DNA of 64,000 nucleotides from Strigamia acuminata (Eukaryota): NCBI GenBank assembly GCA_949358305.1, contig OX442314.1, positions 310,001 to 374,000 of the forward strand, read 5' to 3'. Shown piece by piece: positions 58,279 to 64,000 of this stretch (position 1 is its first letter; each line of letters starts with the position of its first letter). The notes under the pieces were generated by a model. It saw only the letters and a program-made list of their open reading frames with translations, ran no database searches and was not told where the DNA came from. The position numbers and the translations under genes were made by a program.

Positions 58279-59310
58279 AGTATCTTCAGCAAGGGTGCAA
58301 AGATGGGAGCGAGAAGACGGAAGAAGCAAAACTACATGTGAATGCCTCGATTTCTACCAGCTGAACAGCGACATCTTGCGATATTATTTATAAACTATAG
58401 GCACACTAAACAAGACAGGGGGACTGATTGTGGGTCATCTGCCAGAAAATAGATAAAAATTTACTATTTACCGACAGAAAAGATCGTCTTTTTTACCGTA
58501 TCTGCGACAATAAACAATAAACAATAAACAATAAAAAAAATTGAATTTCTTTTGAAATTTTCAGAAACTTTCAGAAAATTTTAGGTTATAAAGCTCACTA
58601 TTAGGTCCAAAAACTCACTTTTAGGCAAAAAAACTCACTTTTAGGCCAAAAAAAACAACTCACTTTTAGGTCAAAAAAACCCACTTTTAGGCCAAAAAAC
58701 TCACTTTTAGGCCAAAAAACTTACTTTTAGGGCACAAAACTCACTTTGAGGCCATTATCGAACAGAGAACTATACTCTTGTTCGACTCAAAAGGGTGGCC
58801 TTCTCCCATTGGCTGAGCCGCATTACTCCTAACTCCAGTCCGTATTACTATACCACTAGGAGAAGTAGTTTTTGATTTTATTATGTTTTGTGATTGCTAC
58901 AAGTATTACCATTTAAGTTGATATAATTTTGATTATTTTTATTAAAAAATGTTACTTCCTTTTATGAAATTAAGTTCTATGCACATATAAATGCAAAACT
59001 CAAGTTTGTTCTGTTGATTGGTTGCTTTGTCTGGAAAGCACGTAATTTTGAAATTGTGGCCGTTACCTAGGCAATCGATTACAATGTCTGTACATTGTAA
59101 TGCATTTCTGGTGTTTGGGTCTATATTTTTGGATCATTACATGGTAGTTGTGAGTTGTGACCCCCTTATTAAAACATAATTTATCATTTACTCACACTTT
59201 GGGAAGTGGGTGCTTTGCCTGAAAGTGTTTATGACACTTGAAAGTCAGCCTTTTTGATCTAAGTTTCCAGTAGGTCATTTTGAATTTGGTGATGGTTTTA
59301 AAAGTTTGTT

Positions 59311-61295
59311 AGTTTATTTATTTATTTATTTATTTATTTATTTGAGAGACACTCCAGTGGAGTAAGATACAGGTAATTATGAAAGAGCTTGTTGGTCTAA
59401 TAGGTGTTTGCCTATACGCTTATGAAAGTGACGGCAGTGGAAACGACACTTCGAGGCAGCACAGTCAAAGACCGTAGTGCGGAGGTAGATGGGAAGATCG
59501 TTCCAGAGTGACGTCCATCTATGTGGGAATGTCTTGCGTAGGAAGGTCGTTCGCTCCATCGTGATCTCGAACTTATGGCGACGAGACGTCCGGGTATCCA
59601 CGTCTGAGTGGTAGAATTCCGTAATGGTACTAGTATGAGCAGGATGATCAGCATTCCGGAGGACGTCTGCTATGGCTAAGAGATCAAGAAGCAGGAGGAG
59701 GTTGTCCAAAGTCAGGATACCGAACTCGTTGCGCGCCGGGGTGATATGGTTGCGATCGTAACGGTTGAAGGCGTTGCGGATGACCGCGTTGTACGCCTTA
59801 GCGAGAGAGAACTTGAACCGGCGGGCCGTCGAGTTCCAAATCGACGAGGCATAGGTGATGACGGGGTAAATCTTGGATTTTATGTAACTAATCATTTCTG
59901 TGCGGGACAGGACTCGGCGCAGGTGTTTCACCATGTAGGCTGACCGGGTAAGGAATAAAGTTAAATGGCGGATATGAGGGCCAAAGGTGAGATGTGGGTC
60001 GAGGATGAGTCCCAGGACTGTAATCTGTTCAGTGGGGTAAGGTACAACACCCCTCGAGGGTCGCTTGAAGCACAGAGTTGAGGTTTTTTCCTGGTTGAGA
60101 CCCATGTCATGTTTTGAGTACCAGTCGGCAAGGAGGGCCAAGTCTGGGGCAAAACAGGGCTGGGCAGACGGCTCCTGGTTTGCCACGGCAACCTGGGTCA
60201 AGAAGTTGTCGTCTACATAGGACCGGATACGCGACTGAATGGGAAGTGACAGGACTGGTGCCGCTGCTGAATTATACAGTAGGGGACCAGTGGTGGTGCC
60301 TTGGACAACTCCACGAGTGATAGAGTAGTCGGTCTGGGATAAGTCATTGGCTATGTGGAAATTTCTGTCCGAGAAGTAGGAGGCGAAGAGTTTAACAGGT
60401 CTAGGGCCGATGCCGTGGTTTCGGAGACAATCAAGGACGTAGCGTTGGGGAGGGGTGTCGAATGCCTTCGATACATCAGTTTTAGCAAGGTGAAGGACTT
60501 TAGACACGTCACAGCAGTGGATGATGTCGAGGTAGAGCGCGGCAATTAGCTGCTGGGCGCTCGATCCAGGACGAGTATCGTATTGGGTAGAGGGGGAGTG
60601 GCGCGAGAGAGTTGGACGAATTTGCATAAGGATGGTGTGGTCAGCAATCTTGCACAGTGGGGGAAGGGACAAGATGGGCCTAAAGTTCTTGATATAATTT
60701 TTGTCACCGTTTTTATATATGGGGGGTGACTACGACATGCTTCCAGACAGTAGGATATATGGAGGTGTCGATGATTGAGTTGAGTATATTTGTAAGCGGG
60801 AGTACAATGGCGAGAAGTATTTTCTTGATGGCAATACCCGGAACACGATCATGGGAGTGCCTGGACGAGAGATTTATCCTAAGGGCGGCCAGATACACGT
60901 CAGCGGGGGTAACATAATTGAAATCAAGAAACGTGGGTGGGGAGGGTGGGGCAGTTTCTGTGTAATTGCTAGTAGTGACAATAGTGGGCATAATCAGTTA
61001 GAGCGGTAGGTGAATTGGGGAGTTCGACCGCAGCAGTACGGGTGCTGATTAGACGCCAAAAGTTTCTCGATGCCATGACGGCCCTACGCTTGTTGCGCTT
61101 GACCATGGCTTTAAAGTGGCGGCGGGCAATTTTATAATTTAGGGGGTGTGTGGAGCGATAACAATATGCATGCGTTTTCCTCTTTTGTAGAGTGGTGAGT
61201 TCGATGGTCCACCATTGCTTAAGTTTAGTTCGAGATTTGGCCTTGGGAGGGGCGAATTTAGCAAGGATGTTGGTTATCTCATGGTAGTTCGCGAA
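59311..61295 (-). mobile_element. 5'-truncated, frameshifted non-LTR retrotransposon (CR1/L2/Jockey-like RT)
   Basis: Three successive frames: KQWW.., PTVWKH..NFRPI, then DVSKAFD / GVVQG..GPLLY / YVDD (59377-60672). (TAAA)n 3' tail at 59311-59343. No endonuclease seen. Confidence 0.88.
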
Positions 61296-61761
61296 CAAAG
61301 ATCGCGAACTAGCTAGTCTAAAAGTGAACTATAGTTCACTTTTCTAAGTGAAGTTTGAAGCAAACGTGAACGAAGTTCGCGTTCACTTTGTTAAGTTCTT
61401 AAAATATAAATAAATCAGTGATTGTGTTGGAAGGAAGTTTCTAGGGGCTGTTGTATTAGTCACTCAATTTGACAATTAAATTTTTTCGATAATTTTTTAA
61501 TTTCAAATTCAAATTCGAAATTTACAAAATGACATTTCTAGTGGACGTATCATCAACATTTTGAAAATGTTGATGATACGTCCACTAGACGTTTTATGTG
61601 ACAGCCAATCAGAAAATTTTGAAAATTTTGAAAAGTGAACTGAACTATTGGTTCAAGTTCGCGAACTAGAACTTAGTTCACTTTGAAAAAATTTGTAGTG
61701 AACGCGAACTAGAACTAGTTCACACGGTGATGAACGCGAACTTGAACTAGTTCGCGATTTG
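61296..61761. mobile_element. hAT-like MITE with GAACTAGTTC subrepeats and a central palindrome
   Basis: ATCGCGAACTAG / CTAGTTCGCGAT ends; TSD not resolved. Confidence 0.6.
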
Positions 61762-61824
61762 ATGAACGAGATACAACACTGTGGATTTTGGCTGTTTTAG
61801 ATGTCCATTGCGTTTACTAGTATA

Positions 61825-61970
61825 TACTCTTTCCAAACTCAAGAAGAGCCCTGGAAACTGGGCTCCCATTGGCCGAGCTATCTCACTAGTGTAGCAGTAG
61901 TTGCATTGCAGTTCCAAGTAGGCCAATGGGAGCCCAGCTTCCAGGGCTCTTCTTGAGTTCGGAAAGAGTA
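61825..61970. mobile_element. Small MITE (~50-bp TIRs, TA flanks)
   Basis: TACTCTTTCCAAACTCAAGAAGAGCCCTGGAAACTGGGCTCCCATTGGCC and a near-exact reverse complement. Confidence 0.82.
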
Positions 61971-62640
61971 TAAAAGCAGTAACAACCGAAACTTTGAACG
62001 CACTTAATGATTTCAATGCTCCAAATTTTTAACTTAAAAGCGACTTTTTAAGAGTATTTTAGTTTTTTCACCCCGTAAGATGCAATACCGTTAAAACGGT
62101 GTAAACTTGAGCACAAAATTGATATTGGAAAACTACATACTGTACAAGCATTCAAGAAAATATAATGAAAATTAATTCCTCCTGGGTTCAGTGTGTATAT
62201 TTGTCTACAAGATTGTAGGCTTTAGGATTGTGTTGGTCTTTTTCAAGGTCAACATTTTCTAATTTTGCAACCACTAAAGACAAAAAAAATATTATAAAAT
62301 TTTTAATTTTTTCTATCATATAAAAATTAATTTCAAGGTTATCTTAATCATCACTGTCCAATCATATACTGAGATCATTTCAGTTTCAAGGTTAGGCTAC
62401 AGATATGTAATGATATGTAATGATATGTAATGATAATACAATTCATCCAGAATTTCCATTGTGAATAAGAAATTTATTGTTTCAATGTGCTGAAGAAAGA
62501 TAAAATTGTTCTAAGTACACGTGTTATTGGCCTAGCAAATATATTGTATATATATATATGGTACTGCACATTTTGTGGAATACATAACGTTTGCTATACA
62601 ATTGTTTTTCTTTCTTCGCTGTTGTTTATCATATTTCAGA

Positions 62641-64000
62641 ATGTTGAACTTGAATTTTCATTTTCTTCTTGTCTTAACTGTTTTTACATTCACCACAACT
62701 ATTGCTGAAGAGCAGGTAAGTTTTACTTTCATACATACCTGTAAATTGTAATTACATACCACTGTATTTCTTATTTGTTTTAAGATTTGTAATGTAGAAG
62801 ATAAGACCGTCGACGTATTATGCAAAATTGTGGACAATAAAATAACTCAAGACAATGGCAAAGTATATTTCAAACTAAAATGTCTAATTAAACTGTAAAT
62901 TTTCTTCCGTCTGTTAATCAGTTAATTATCCTACCAGAATGGAACTGTGGTGTATTTGCACCACAAGGAATTGGTATTCGATTTAAACACCCCCAATCTT
63001 TGACTCATTTTACCCCCAATAATGATTATACTTTTCCCCACTCATAATCCCCCCCAATTAAAGTATGTTTCCCCCTAATTCTCTGAGTTTACCGATTAAG
63101 TTGTCGATTGATAGTCTTTCCTGCAATGTCTCATGTGTTTTTATTATGTTGTTATGGGTACGTTGGTGGTAGGCTGGATAATAATTGGGGGTAAACCTGT
63201 TGGGGGGTAACAAATTTATTAGGGTGAACAATATTTAAGGGAGTAACATACTTTAATTAGAGGGGGGGGTTTGAATGGGGGAAATTAAAATCATTTTGGG
63301 GGGGGGGGTTAATGAGTCAAAAAAGGGGAGAAAATAATTTGTCACCAAGGAATCGTGCAGGTTTAAGCACATTAGGAAGTTACATTGTATTGGTAACAAT
63401 ATAATGTATAAAGCATCATGCAGCTTCCATATTTTCCCCTAGCAACGGTTGGCCAGGTAATGAACAATAAAGGATTTTCACTTCTGTTAGTGAAGTGAAA
63501 GAAGTATAAGGTTTAGGGCACAAACCTGGGCTTGTTATTTTGCATCCGGACAAGAAAGATACAAAAGGAACACACTTATTAATTCATAAAATGATTAAAA
63601 CTACTGCACTTTTTGCAGATGAGCAAATATGTCTGTGGATGTTCAACCGCCTTCCTGAAAGGAAATGTAATTAACAGAAAAAAGTCTTGTCCAAACATTT
63701 CTTGCAAACTTCATTTTTAATTTTAATTCAGATTATCTATTGTGATGCAAAAGATTACGATTTTTCGCCTGCACCGACGTGTGCAAAACTATTTAAATCC
63801 GTAAGTTCAACTATCTTTAATTGAACGATTTCTCTTGAGCAACAATTTTGGCATTCAATTAGAAAGAGTTTGAGGAAGCGGTGAGCAGCCACAACTCAGT
63901 TTTCTACAATTTCTTTGTGGATGTTCTATTCAAAAAGGTGTTTAAAGTTTGCGATGAAGAAAATGAAGACAAGATAATAACAGCTGCAAGAGCATTTATT
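62641..64000 (+). CDS. Small secreted Cys-rich protein, copy 2 (3'-partial); exons 62641-62715, 62785-62862, 63619-63666, 63732-63800, 63863-end
   Basis: Paralog of 55802-57595, including introns and the upstream region (55330 onward matches 62130 onward). Confidence 0.8.
62974..63346. mobile_element. Mutator-type MITE, same TIR family as 53663-54001
   Basis: Shared CGATTTAAACAC..TTTGACTCATTTT terminus; near-perfect 9-bp TSD AAGGAATTG / AAGGAATCG. Confidence 0.8.

Overview
This is AT-rich, intron-containing eukaryotic DNA, very probably an arthropod (TTAGG tracts; an MBD-bearing Copia suggests a myriapod or chelicerate, which is inference). The left two-thirds is a stack of transposons. A Ty1/Copia element (A, runs off the left edge) has been hit by a young 5.8-kb Copia (B). 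B carries a methyl-CpG-binding domain after its integrase but has lost its reverse transcriptase. An intact Mutator (FLYWCH-MULE) sits in A's 3' LTR. Next come a ~17-kb interval of broken host-gene fragments bracketed by inverted MULE termini, an intact BEL/Pao element, a solo LTR, and a 14.6-kb Ty3/Gypsy element. The Gypsy has a -1 gag-pol frameshift and a large non-env third ORF that appears to have its own promoter and intron. The right third holds host genes: an EPHX3/4-like epoxide hydrolase head-to-head with ADCK1, and two tandem paralogs of a small secreted 8-Cys protein. It also contains MITEs, a truncated LINE and 10-bp-phased A/T minisatellites. All calls are by eye from sequence and motifs; no database searches were run.
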